From NCBI GenBank assembly GCA_028693955.1, contig JAQUUH010000001.1:80260-144259 (forward strand): DNA of 64,000 nt. The letters are read 5' to 3'. Below the pieces are notes generated by a model, which was not told where the DNA came from, made no database searches, and saw only the letters and a list, made by a program, of their open reading frames with translations. Of this stretch, positions 49,199 through 58,492 are shown piece after piece; position 1 is the first letter of the stretch, and every line of letters begins with the position of its first letter. The position numbers were made by a program, and so were the translations under genes. The stretch comes from Bacilli bacterium (GTDB taxonomy: Bacteria; Bacillota_I; Bacilli_A; RFN20; UBA1709).

Positions 49199-52100
49199 AT
49201 GAAAAAACTTAAAAAATTATTACTTATAAATTGGCATTATTTTTCTTTCCAAATAATGAATTTTGATGACATAAATTTTTTGACAGGTAAAAATGCCTCT
49301 GGTAAAACAACAATAATTGATGCCATACAACTATTAATCCTTGGAGATACAACAGGTCACTTTTTCAATAAATCCGCCTCAGACAAATCAACAAGATCTT
49401 TAAAAGGATACTTAAGGTGTGAATTTGGTGATAGTGAAGATGGCTCGATTATGTATTTAAGAAATGGTAGATTTTCAAGTTATGTAGTTCTTGAATTTGA
49501 AGATGACATTACGAAATCTTCTTTTGTTGTGGGTATTGTTTTTGATAATTATGATGATAATTCTTACGACTATAAATTCTTTTATTATAATGATAAAATT
49601 TCTGAGAATAACTTTATTGTTAATAACATACCTATGGATCAAAAAGCTCTACGTATTTTTTTAATGCAAAACAATATAGATAATAAATTTTTTGAAACAA
49701 ATTCCTCTTATCGTGATTTTGTTAAAGTGTTATTTGGCAATTTAAATAATAATTTTTTCTCTTTATTCAAAAAATCCATACCTTTTTCACCAATAACAAA
49801 TATTGAACAATTTATTACAGAATATGTTTGTGATGTAAAAAACAATATAGATATTTCTTCTATGCAAGAAAATATTCGTAACTACAAAAAATTAGAAATC
49901 GAGAGCAACGAAATTGAAAAAAAAGTTAATGAATTAAAAACTTTAAATGATGCCTACGATTCATGGCACACTGATTTCAATAAAATAGCATTACAAAAAT
50001 ATCTTATAAATCGAAGCGATTTATATTTCACAAATAAAAATATTGAAAAACTTAATGATGAAATTGAAGATTTAAAAAATGAAATTATTGATAAAACTAA
50101 TATATTAAAAAGCTGCGAAGAGAAAATAAAAAATTTCAATTTGCAAAGAGATCAGCTTAATAAAGAAAAATTTGAATCCGATATTTACAAACAAAAAGCC
50201 GTTTATGATGAAAAAGCATTGCAAATTGAAAAGAAAATAAAAAATCTTGAAGATTCTATTTTAAATATTAAATCTAGCCTTGTAATTTACTGTGATTCTT
50301 GGATTAAAGCAGTAAATGATTTACTAAAAAGCAATAACGATATTCTTCCAGTTGAGTTTCTTTCAATTTCAAAAGAGTTTAAAAACAAACTAATCACTTT
50401 TAAAAACGAATCAATAATTAGTGAAAAATTATTAAATAATTTCCAACAACTTATCCAAGACTACTCTTCTAAAATTAGTAATATTTCTTTTTTAATTAAT
50501 AGTAAAAGTTATGAATTAAGAAATTCAATTAGTAATCTAAAAAAAGAAATTTCTATATTAGAAAGTGGTAACAAAGCTTATAATCCTAATCTTTTAAGTT
50601 TCAAGAAAATGATGGAAAATGAATTATCTAAAAAATATAACAAAAACATAGAAGTTCATTTTCTTGCTGATTTAGCTGATATTAAAACCCCTGAGTGGAG
50701 AATGGCCATTGAAACTTTTTTATACACTCAACGCTTCTACTTAATTGTTGAACCTCAATATGTAGATAGCGCTATATCAATATATGAAAAAATAAAAAAA
50801 GAATATAATTTTTCAGAGTTTGGGATATTAGACACAGAAAAAATTTCTAATAGCAATTTTACTCATTTACCTAATTCTATTGTTGAAGAAATATCTTGTA
50901 ATAATGATATTGTGAAAAAATATTTAAACAGTTTAATGGGAAATCTTATCAAATGTGAAAGGATAGAAAACCTAAGAAAACACAATCGCTCCATAACAAA
51001 ATCAGGAATGCTTTATCAAGGATTTGTTGCAAGACAATTGAATTTTAAAAAGACTTCACCATTTATTGGAAATGGATTTGCAAAAGATCAATTAGAATAC
51101 AAAAAAGAACAATTGCAAAACTATGATAAAGAATTTATGGAATTATCAGCTACTACAAGTTACATAAATATTTTTAGTAGCCTTGAATATTTCAATTCAA
51201 ATGAAGTAAAAACCTCAACCCAAACCTTGGAAGAGGCAAGTATTTTACCAGAATTACATAATGAACTTGAAGAAATAAAGAATCTTTTAAAAGCATTTAA
51301 CGATAAATATTTAGAGAATTTGGAGAAAAATATCAGAAAATGTGAAATTTCTATTGGTGAGCTTGAAGGCGAAAAAATAGAATTAAATAAAGATATAATT
51401 CAATGCACTCTTGAAATACAAAAAAATGAGAAAGACAAAATACCTGCCCTTAATTTACAACTTGAAAAATTAAAAGAACAAATTAAAACCCAATTTGAAA
51501 GAGATTGGATAATTAATGTCGGAGAACCAGAATTTGTTAATATTTCTATTTCTCGTAAAGAATTACAACTATATATTCAAAACATCAAAAATAGTTTGAA
51601 TACTACAAATGCAATGACTAATAGCAAATGGAATAGTCTTGTCGAAAAACGAATTAAATATAATACTATTTATAATACTACCAATGATGCACTTGCTCTT
51701 AATAATGATTATTACGAGCAGCAATATAAAGAACTTGCAGACACTAAGTTAGTAGAGTATAAATCAAAAATAATAATTGCTAAAAATAATGCAATGAATC
51801 AATTTAAAAATGATTTTTTGAGTAAATTAAAATCGAATTTTGATGTTGTAATAGCTCAAATGGAGAATTTAAATGATGCATTGGAATCTTCTACTTTTGG
51901 AGAAGATAGTTACCATTTTGTTGTTATTCCTAGACCAGAATACAAAAAATATTATGAAATGATAAATGATAAATTATTACTTCTTGGAAACGATATAAAT
52001 TCCAGCGATTTTCAAAATAAATATGGAGAAGCTATCGAGGATTTATTTAGACAAATAACATTTGTCGATTCTGAAATAAATGCTGATTTTAGAATAGAAT

Positions 52101-52528
52101 TAGAAAAAAATATTGAAAAATTTACTGACTATAGAAGTTATCTACAATTTGACTTAATAGTAACTAATCAATATGGGAACAAACAATCTCTTTCTAGAAA
52201 TCTTTTGAAAAAATCAGGTGGAGAAACCCAAACACCTTTTTACATTTCAGTATTGGCATCTTTTGCTCAAGCATATAGAGTAAAACTTGAAGGCGATAAA
52301 TTCAACTCAATTAGACTAATAATTTTTGATGAGGCATTTTCAAAAATGGATTCTGAAAGAATAACAGAAAGCATCAAATTATTGCGTCAGTTTGGATTAC
52401 AAGCAATTCTTAGTGCTCCACCCGAAAAAATTGCAGATATTTCAAACCTTGTAGATAAAACATTATGCGTTGTTAGAAATAACACTGTTTCTATAGTTTC
52501 AGAATTTAAAGAACTAAAAAACATTTAA
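49199..52528 (+). CDS. JetC/MksB-like SMC-family ATPase (MukB-type head, long coiled-coil arms)
   Basis: The N-terminus LLLINWHYFSF...FLTGKNASGKTTIIDAIQLLILGD parallels MukB (LTLINWNGFF...LSGGNGAGKST...LIPD). The C-terminus has the signature KSGGETQ, Walker B LIIFDEAFSKMD and a D-loop, with about 800 aa of heptad-rich coiled coil between. It is 1109 aa. Confidence 0.75.
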   Translation: MKKLKKLLLINWHYFSFQIMNFDDINFLTGKNASGKTTIIDAIQLLILGDTTGHFFNKSASDKSTRSLKGYLRCEFGDSEDGSIMYLRNGRFSSYVVLEFEDDITKSSFVVGIVFDNYDDNSYDYKFFYYNDKISENNFIVNNIPMDQKALRIFLMQNNIDNKFFETNSSYRDFVKVLFGNLNNNFFSLFKKSIPFSPITNIEQFITEYVCDVKNNIDISSMQENIRNYKKLEIESNEIEKKVNELKTLNDAYDSWHTDFNKIALQKYLINRSDLYFTNKNIEKLNDEIEDLKNEIIDKTNILKSCEEKIKNFNLQRDQLNKEKFESDIYKQKAVYDEKALQIEKKIKNLEDSILNIKSSLVIYCDSWIKAVNDLLKSNNDILPVEFLSISKEFKNKLITFKNESIISEKLLNNFQQLIQDYSSKISNISFLINSKSYELRNSISNLKKEISILESGNKAYNPNLLSFKKMMENELSKKYNKNIEVHFLADLADIKTPEWRMAIETFLYTQRFYLIVEPQYVDSAISIYEKIKKEYNFSEFGILDTEKISNSNFTHLPNSIVEEISCNNDIVKKYLNSLMGNLIKCERIENLRKHNRSITKSGMLYQGFVARQLNFKKTSPFIGNGFAKDQLEYKKEQLQNYDKEFMELSATTSYINIFSSLEYFNSNEVKTSTQTLEEASILPELHNELEEIKNLLKAFNDKYLENLEKNIRKCEISIGELEGEKIELNKDIIQCTLEIQKNEKDKIPALNLQLEKLKEQIKTQFERDWIINVGEPEFVNISISRKELQLYIQNIKNSLNTTNAMTNSKWNSLVEKRIKYNTIYNTTNDALALNNDYYEQQYKELADTKLVEYKSKIIIAKNNAMNQFKNDFLSKLKSNFDVVIAQMENLNDALESSTFGEDSYHFVVIPRPEYKKYYEMINDKLLLLGNDINSSDFQNKYGEAIEDLFRQITFVDSEINADFRIELEKNIEKFTDYRSYLQFDLIVTNQYGNKQSLSRNLLKKSGGETQTPFYISVLASFAQAYRVKLEGDKFNSIRLIIFDEAFSKMDSERITESIKLLRQFGLQAILSAPPEKIADISNLVDKTLCVVRNNTVSIVSEFKELKNI

Positions 52529-52546
52529 TTTTAAGGAGAAAAAATT

Positions 52547-53470
52547 GTGAAAAAATTATTAAAAGCATTATTTATAATAACACTAATTGTTCCTTTTATT
52601 TCATCATGTTCAAGTGAATACGATGGAGATTATATGGCTAGTGGAATAATTGTTACCATTAAAGATGGAGCTTATGTAATAACAACCTCAAGCGCAATTC
52701 TTACAAATGATAAAGTAATTCGTGATGTTAGTATAGATGTCGTTGTTATTCCTTTTTATGGCATGAGGAAAAATGGTACACCTGACTATCCTGCTGGAAT
52801 TAGTATATTAAATTCTTCTACAGATGATAGCACTGATATTTATGCTTATGTAAGAGATGCTGGAGATAACCTAGTAAATAGTAAAAAGATATTAGGTGCT
52901 AATTACAAAATGGCTTCTACTTTAGAACATCGTATTTGGTCTTCTCAAGTTGAAAGAATTGAAGATTATCTTGTTGGAAAAGATTATAATTCACTTATTA
53001 GAAATATTTGCACTCCATCATCTGGTTATACTACATGTACTAGTTTACTAGATGATAGTGTTTCAGTTAATGAAGGAGCACTACTTGATTTTTATGGATT
53101 TGATAAAGTAATGGGAGCAACAATATCAATAGCGAACAATGGCTATGATTCCATCGCTGGTTCTCTTATCGAAATGTTTAATAGCAATTTAAAAGAAATA
53201 TCTGAAAATTTTGAAAATATTAGTAGTAATTTTTCATATTCTGTTTCTTTTGAAAATAATATTTTAAAAGTGGTCTTCACAAATATTATAAACTCTAAAG
53301 AAAAAATAATAGATTATGTGGAAATACCATTAAAAATATCTAATAAAGCTATTTTATACAATGATACCAAAACATACATAATTCCCGATTCATCTTATAA
53401 ACAAGTATATAAAAATTTAGAAACAATTGATTTAGATACCGACTTGTTAAAGTCTAGTTACGAAAAATAA
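52547..53470 (+). CDS. predicted lipoprotein of unknown function, fourth gene of the jetABC-like operon
   Basis: Signal peptide MKKLLKALFIITLIVPFISS with lipobox F-I-S-S-C is present. It has a GTG start with an AAGGAG RBS 8 nt upstream and lies 18 nt after jetC-like with no intervening terminator. It has no P-loop or Toprim features. Confidence 0.55.
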   Translation: MKKLLKALFIITLIVPFISSCSSEYDGDYMASGIIVTIKDGAYVITTSSAILTNDKVIRDVSIDVVVIPFYGMRKNGTPDYPAGISILNSSTDDSTDIYAYVRDAGDNLVNSKKILGANYKMASTLEHRIWSSQVERIEDYLVGKDYNSLIRNICTPSSGYTTCTSLLDDSVSVNEGALLDFYGFDKVMGATISIANNGYDSIAGSLIEMFNSNLKEISENFENISSNFSYSVSFENNILKVVFTNIINSKEKIIDYVEIPLKISNKAILYNDTKTYIIPDSSYKQVYKNLETIDLDTDLLKSSYEK

Positions 53471-53500
53471 AGCTTAGAAAATATTTTCTAAGCTTTTTTC
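53470..53500. terminator. bidirectional Rho-independent terminator (perfect palindrome) between convergent operons
   Basis: AAGCTTAGAAAAT|ATTTTCTAAGCTT (53470-53495) forms a 12-bp perfect stem and is followed by TTTTT on the plus strand and a U-run on the minus strand. The minus-strand acyltransferase stop codon (53488-53490) lies inside the stem. Confidence 0.6.
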
Positions 53501-54768
53501 TTGTTTTTAATAAATTTATACATTTCCTCAGCCGCAAAATGAAGTTTGGTAACAATATTTTTTTTATTTATAGGAAATAAATAATAAGTATCATTTAGTG
53601 TAGATAAACTAAAGCAATCACCTTTACCAAAATAATCATATTCAATATGAATTGAATATGTTGAAAGAGGATCTTTTAATAATTCAAAATTTCCACCTTC
53701 TAGATCTGCTTTTATACTAAATCCTGACTCATCATGTTTTACATGTCCAAGTCCCAAACGATAAAATCCTTTACTATTTGGTAAAGAATCAATATATACA
53801 TCTTCTTCAAATTTGTAATTACCATTTTCAATTTCTTTTCTTACTTCACTTCTTTCCCATTCAAACCAATCTGGTATATGAGAAAAACGGGCTTTTTTGC
53901 CATCTATTCTTTTAAGTTCTCCAATGGTAGTAAGTTCCCATATGCTATTGCAATTATTACATTTTAAATAAGTACCATAACTAGTCATTTTTTCTTCATT
54001 ACCACATTCACAGCATTTATATAATGGTTTATGAAGGTTTCTAGCACGATTAGGATTATCAATTATAATATTATTATCTTTCTGCCATTTGTATTCATCA
54101 TATATAAAAGCATTATTTATTCTATCATTAATAGTATCAATATCAAGTTTACTAATTTCTTCTTTGGTAATAATTTGTGTCATATCTGCAGTTATATTAT
54201 TATTGCGACTTTGCAAATTCCAAACTGGACTACTTAAGTGATTGCCATGCATATTAAGAACTACAACTGGTACATCTAAATACTTACAAAGCTTACCAAG
54301 AGATTCTGGAAGTATTGCGTTTGTTCCTACAATTGAATATCTAGCTTCCGGATAAATACACAATATATCTTTATAATCATTAACAACTTTTTTTAAATGT
54401 TTAACCAAAACCAAATCATTAGTGAACTTCCTTTTACAAATTCCACCGGCATTTCGCAAAATCATCTCTCGATTAATAAATCCATCTATAGCAACTACAT
54501 AACTTGCTCTATGGGGAAAAATGGCCATAGTTGTAACTTTAAAATCAACAAATGCATGATGAGTACATAATAAAAGATATGGTTTTTTCAATCCTTCCAT
54601 TCCAATACGAGTAATTTTCAAATGACGCTTCCTGGTTTCAAAAAACGATATTAGCCAAGTAAGTGGCTTTAGTATTGTTCTTTGTCTTTTGGGAGTTACC
54701 TCAAGTTTAAAGCGATGCATCCTATTTACTTCATCAAGTTTTTTATATTCTATTTTAGATATTTTCAT
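53488..54768 (-). CDS. PlsC-family acyltransferase with a C-terminal zinc ribbon
   Basis: The HX4D acyltransferase motif LLCTHHAFVDF and a second block IYPEARYS are present. The C-terminus has CCECG...CNNCN. The probable start is ATG at 54768 (MKISKIEY), 7 nt after the pheT stop with GAGGT just upstream. An alternative start at 54804 would overlap pheT by 29 nt. Confidence 0.55.
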   Translation of the reverse strand: MKISKIEYKKLDEVNRMHRFKLEVTPKRQRTILKPLTWLISFFETRKRHLKITRIGMEGLKKPYLLLCTHHAFVDFKVTTMAIFPHRASYVVAIDGFINREMILRNAGGICKRKFTNDLVLVKHLKKVVNDYKDILCIYPEARYSIVGTNAILPESLGKLCKYLDVPVVVLNMHGNHLSSPVWNLQSRNNNITADMTQIITKEEISKLDIDTINDRINNAFIYDEYKWQKDNNIIIDNPNRARNLHKPLYKCCECGNEEKMTSYGTYLKCNNCNSIWELTTIGELKRIDGKKARFSHIPDWFEWERSEVRKEIENGNYKFEEDVYIDSLPNSKGFYRLGLGHVKHDESGFSIKADLEGGNFELLKDPLSTYSIHIEYDYFGKGDCFSLSTLNDTYYLFPINKKNIVTKLHFAAEEMYKFIKNKKKA

Positions 54769-54775
54769 ATTTACC

Positions 54776-57178
54776 TCATGAGCGAAGTTTTGCATTGAAT
54801 GCATCTTCTAAATCTTTAATAATTTTATTATGAATTTCTAAAACTTCATCTTCTTTTAACGTTCTTTCTTTATCTTGATAAACAATATTAATAGCAATAG
54901 ATTTATATCCACTTTCTAAATTTTGGCCTTCATAAATATCAAATACTTCAGCACTGCGAACTATTTTCTTTCCAATTTTTTTAATTGATTTAATAAGTTC
55001 AATAGACATAACATCACTTTTTACTAATAATGCAATATCTCTACTTATTGAAGGATACATTGAAGGTGCCTCAAATTTTGTAATTGAATTTTTAAGCGAA
55101 AAAATATAATCTAAATCTAATTCACAAACGATTGTATCTTTTATATCATATTTATTATTCATTAATGGGTGAACTTCACCAACAACACCAAAAATTTTCT
55201 TTCCACAAACTAAATAAGCACTTCTACCTGGATGATAATACATATTATCATTTTCTATTCTAATAAAACTATATCTATTAGCATCAATTCCAAGTAATTC
55301 TAGAATTCCAGTAACTAAACCTTTAACAGTATAAAAGTCTACAACTTTACCTTTTTGCCATTTAGTATTATTAATATTTCCACTAATAGCTATCGCTAAA
55401 TGTTCATGCTCTAAATTACTGTAATACATTTTAGAAATTTCAAATAATTTAATATCATTTATTTTTCTGAAATTATTATAATTAACTGACCTTAACAAAG
55501 AAGGTATTAAGCTTTGTCTTAAGTACATTCTATCTTCTGTCATTGGAGATAATACATTAATTACCTCACAATTTTTGTTTTCATTCAATACGCAAAAATC
55601 ACCAATACTTTTTTTGCTTTCAAGAGTATAACTTAGTGCTTCATATATTCCATTTGAAACCAAGTAATCACGAATAATTTTTCTTTTATGTTGAATAGAA
55701 GAATATCCTCCAAATGTTGATATTTTAGGATTTGTTTCTTGCAAGTTTTCGAAACCTAAAATTCTAATGATTTCCTCAATTAAATCTTCTTCAATTAATA
55801 TGTCATTTCTATAACTAGGAATTTCTACAACAAAGACACCATCAAATTCATTAAACTTAAACTTCAATCTATCAAATACACTTGCAATAGCAAATGTAGA
55901 AAAATTAGTTCCTAAAACATCATTAACTTTTTTTGCTGATAGAGTTATTTTGGTAGGTATAAAATCATAATTACCATAAGTAACTATCTCTTCAATAATT
56001 TTTGCATCTGCATATTTTTCTAACATTTTTGCTGCTAAATCTAAAGCATATAAACTGCGAGTATAATCTATTCCTCTAATAAATCTATTTGAAGCTTCAG
56101 AAAATAATTGTAATCTTCTTGAAGTTTTACGCAATTGCACTCCACTAAATTCAGCAGATTCAATTACAATATTTTTAGTGTTATTATCAATCTCTGTTGA
56201 TTTAGATCCCATTATTCCTGCTAAACAACACAATTGATTACTTGATGTTACTAATAAATCATCTTTATCTAAATTATACTTTATATCATCTAAAGCAATA
56301 AATTCTCCACTAATTCCTTCTTTTACAATAATCTTATTATCACTTAATTTATTAGCATCATACATATGTAAAGGCTGCCCTAATAAAATCATAATATAAT
56401 TTCCAATATCTACTATATTGTTAATTGATCTAATTCCACAACTTCTTAATACTTGAATAAGCCAATTTGGAGATTCTTTAACTTTTATATTGCTAATGCC
56501 TCTAACAGCAAATCTTTGACATTTCTTTGTTTCACTAGAAACTAAATAAGAGGATTTAGTTAATTTATTAAAAGATATGCTTTCAAGAGATTTTTTAATT
56601 GGTTTATCTAAAACTGCACTAACCTCATAAATAAAAGAAATCATTGAAAGAACATCGCCTCTATTAGGAGTAGGCTTTAATTCAAAAATCACATCATCAA
56701 GACCTAAATATGCCAAAGGATTTTTATCTCCAATGGGTGCATCATTTCCAAGAATTTCAATTCCATCTTTTTGTTCTTGTGATAAATATTTTTCATCAAC
56801 ACCTAATTCCAATAAAGAACAAATCATACCATTTGATTCTTGATTACGAATATTCCCTTTTTTAATGATAACTCCTTTTGCTGGAAGATTGGCTCCTGGT
56901 AAAGCAACGATTACTTTTTGATTTTTATCAACATTTGGAGCACCACAAACAATTTGAATAATTTCATTCCCAATATTAACCTTACAAACACTTAAGTGAT
57001 CAGAATCTGGATGGTCTATTCTTTCTTCAACAAAACCAATTATTAAATTACTACCACTTGCCATATGAATAATTTCTTCTACTTCAACTCCTGCAATAGT
57101 AATCTTTTCGGCTAATTTTTCTGGACTATATTCATCAATATCCACATATTGTTTTAACCAATTTAAACTTATTCTCAT
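54776..57178 (-). CDS. pheT: phenylalanyl-tRNA synthetase beta subunit
   Basis: It is 800 aa with an N-terminal tRNA-binding OB fold (MRISLNWLKQYVDI...), B3/4, B5 and C-terminal FDX-ACB domains. Confidence 0.9.
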   Translation of the reverse strand: MRISLNWLKQYVDIDEYSPEKLAEKITIAGVEVEEIIHMASGSNLIIGFVEERIDHPDSDHLSVCKVNIGNEIIQIVCGAPNVDKNQKVIVALPGANLPAKGVIIKKGNIRNQESNGMICSLLELGVDEKYLSQEQKDGIEILGNDAPIGDKNPLAYLGLDDVIFELKPTPNRGDVLSMISFIYEVSAVLDKPIKKSLESISFNKLTKSSYLVSSETKKCQRFAVRGISNIKVKESPNWLIQVLRSCGIRSINNIVDIGNYIMILLGQPLHMYDANKLSDNKIIVKEGISGEFIALDDIKYNLDKDDLLVTSSNQLCCLAGIMGSKSTEIDNNTKNIVIESAEFSGVQLRKTSRRLQLFSEASNRFIRGIDYTRSLYALDLAAKMLEKYADAKIIEEIVTYGNYDFIPTKITLSAKKVNDVLGTNFSTFAIASVFDRLKFKFNEFDGVFVVEIPSYRNDILIEEDLIEEIIRILGFENLQETNPKISTFGGYSSIQHKRKIIRDYLVSNGIYEALSYTLESKKSIGDFCVLNENKNCEVINVLSPMTEDRMYLRQSLIPSLLRSVNYNNFRKINDIKLFEISKMYYSNLEHEHLAIAISGNINNTKWQKGKVVDFYTVKGLVTGILELLGIDANRYSFIRIENDNMYYHPGRSAYLVCGKKIFGVVGEVHPLMNNKYDIKDTIVCELDLDYIFSLKNSITKFEAPSMYPSISRDIALLVKSDVMSIELIKSIKKIGKKIVRSAEVFDIYEGQNLESGYKSIAINIVYQDKERTLKEDEVLEIHNKIIKDLEDAFNAKLRS

Positions 57179-57188
57179 TTGTTAAGAC

Positions 57189-58220
57189 CTACCTTTCTTT
57201 TTTAAACTGAGACAATACTCTTATATCATTAGAATAAATATGTCTCATATCATCTATGCCATACCTAAGCATTGCTATTCTCTCTACGCCTATACCAAAA
57301 GCATATCCTCTATATATTTTAGGATCAAATCCAGACATTTTTAAAACATTTGGATGAACCATTCCTGCTCCCAATATTTCTATCCAACCACTATTTTTGC
57401 ATACATTACATCCCTTGCCATTGCAATTATAACACGAAACATCTACCTCTACTGAAGGCTCTGTAAAAGGAAAAAATGATGATCTCAACCTTATAGTTCT
57501 TTTCTCACCAAACATTTTCCTAGCAAATAGCAATAATATGCCTTTTAAATCGCTCATTGTAATGTTTTTATCAACTACCAATCCTTCTATTTGCATAAAT
57601 TGGTGAGAGTGGGTAGCATCATCATCATCTCTTCTATATACTTTTCCTGGACACAATATTTTTACTGGACCTTCTCCATTATGAGATAATAAAGTCCTTA
57701 CTTGTACTGGAGATGTTTGAGATCTTAATAATTCATTATCATTAATATAAAATGTATCTTGCATATCTCTTGCTGGATGATCTTTTGGTAAGTTTAGCAT
57801 TTCAAAATTATAATGATCATTTTCCACTTCTGGACCTTCGGCTATAGAAAATCCAATTCCTATTCCAATGTTACATATCTCATCAACTATGCCACCAATA
57901 ATCCCATATGAAGCAGAAGAAAAATCATCACCGTCTAAACTAATATCTATTGTTTCATTTTGCAATCTTTCATTTAATTCAATTATTTCCAAATTATTTT
58001 TTTGTTCATCTAATAAATAATTTAAATCTTGTTTCAAAGTATTAATATACTTACCAAAAGCAACTCTTTCTTCTGGAGACAGTTTCGCCATTTTACTCAT
58101 TGATTGATTTAATAAACTTTTTTTACCAAGATAAAAAATTCTTAAATCATTTAATTGTTTTAAATTCTTGCATTCTAATATTAATTTTTTGGCTTCATCT
58201 AAATTAATAATTTTTTCCAT
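57189..58220 (-). CDS. pheS: phenylalanyl-tRNA synthetase alpha subunit
   Basis: It is 343 aa with class II core motifs (FRYERPQ-like, [10 protein letters not shown]) and an AAAGGTGGGA RBS. Confidence 0.9.
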   Translation of the reverse strand: MEKIINLDEAKKLILECKNLKQLNDLRIFYLGKKSLLNQSMSKMAKLSPEERVAFGKYINTLKQDLNYLLDEQKNNLEIIELNERLQNETIDISLDGDDFSSASYGIIGGIVDEICNIGIGIGFSIAEGPEVENDHYNFEMLNLPKDHPARDMQDTFYINDNELLRSQTSPVQVRTLLSHNGEGPVKILCPGKVYRRDDDDATHSHQFMQIEGLVVDKNITMSDLKGILLLFARKMFGEKRTIRLRSSFFPFTEPSVEVDVSCYNCNGKGCNVCKNSGWIEILGAGMVHPNVLKMSGFDPKIYRGYAFGIGVERIAMLRYGIDDMRHIYSNDIRVLSQFKKER

Positions 58221-58492
58221 AAATATCCCACCTTTTTAACAACAAAAAAAATCGTCCTCAAGGAACGATTAAATATCGCGGTACCATCCTGGTTCATGAT
58301 AAATCATGCACTCAATTTGCTATAACGGAGCTGCCGTCATTTTTTAAATGAACTCCAAGGTGAATTCCACAATACTTTTCTTAAAGAACTTACAATCATG
58401 GTTCTTATTCCCTACAAGAAAGACAATGTGTACTACTCCTTTTCAACGCTTTACTACTTAATTATAAGTAATTAAAAAGAAAATCACAACAC
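58221..58492 (-). promoter_or_regulatory. T-box riboswitch leader of pheST
   Basis: Antiterminator core CCAGGATGGTACCGCG (plus 58277-58292) is followed by terminator hairpin AATCGTTCC-ttga-GGACGATT (58250-58270) and an 8-U run before the pheS RBS. Confidence 0.7.

Noticed and set aside
52547-53470. Possibility that the fourth gene of the cassette is a divergent JetD
   Set aside because: It has a cleavable lipoprotein signal peptide and lipobox, no Toprim-like acidic motifs (E...DxD) and no similarity to DUF2220 that I can see. I therefore report it as a non-canonical fourth gene, not as JetD.
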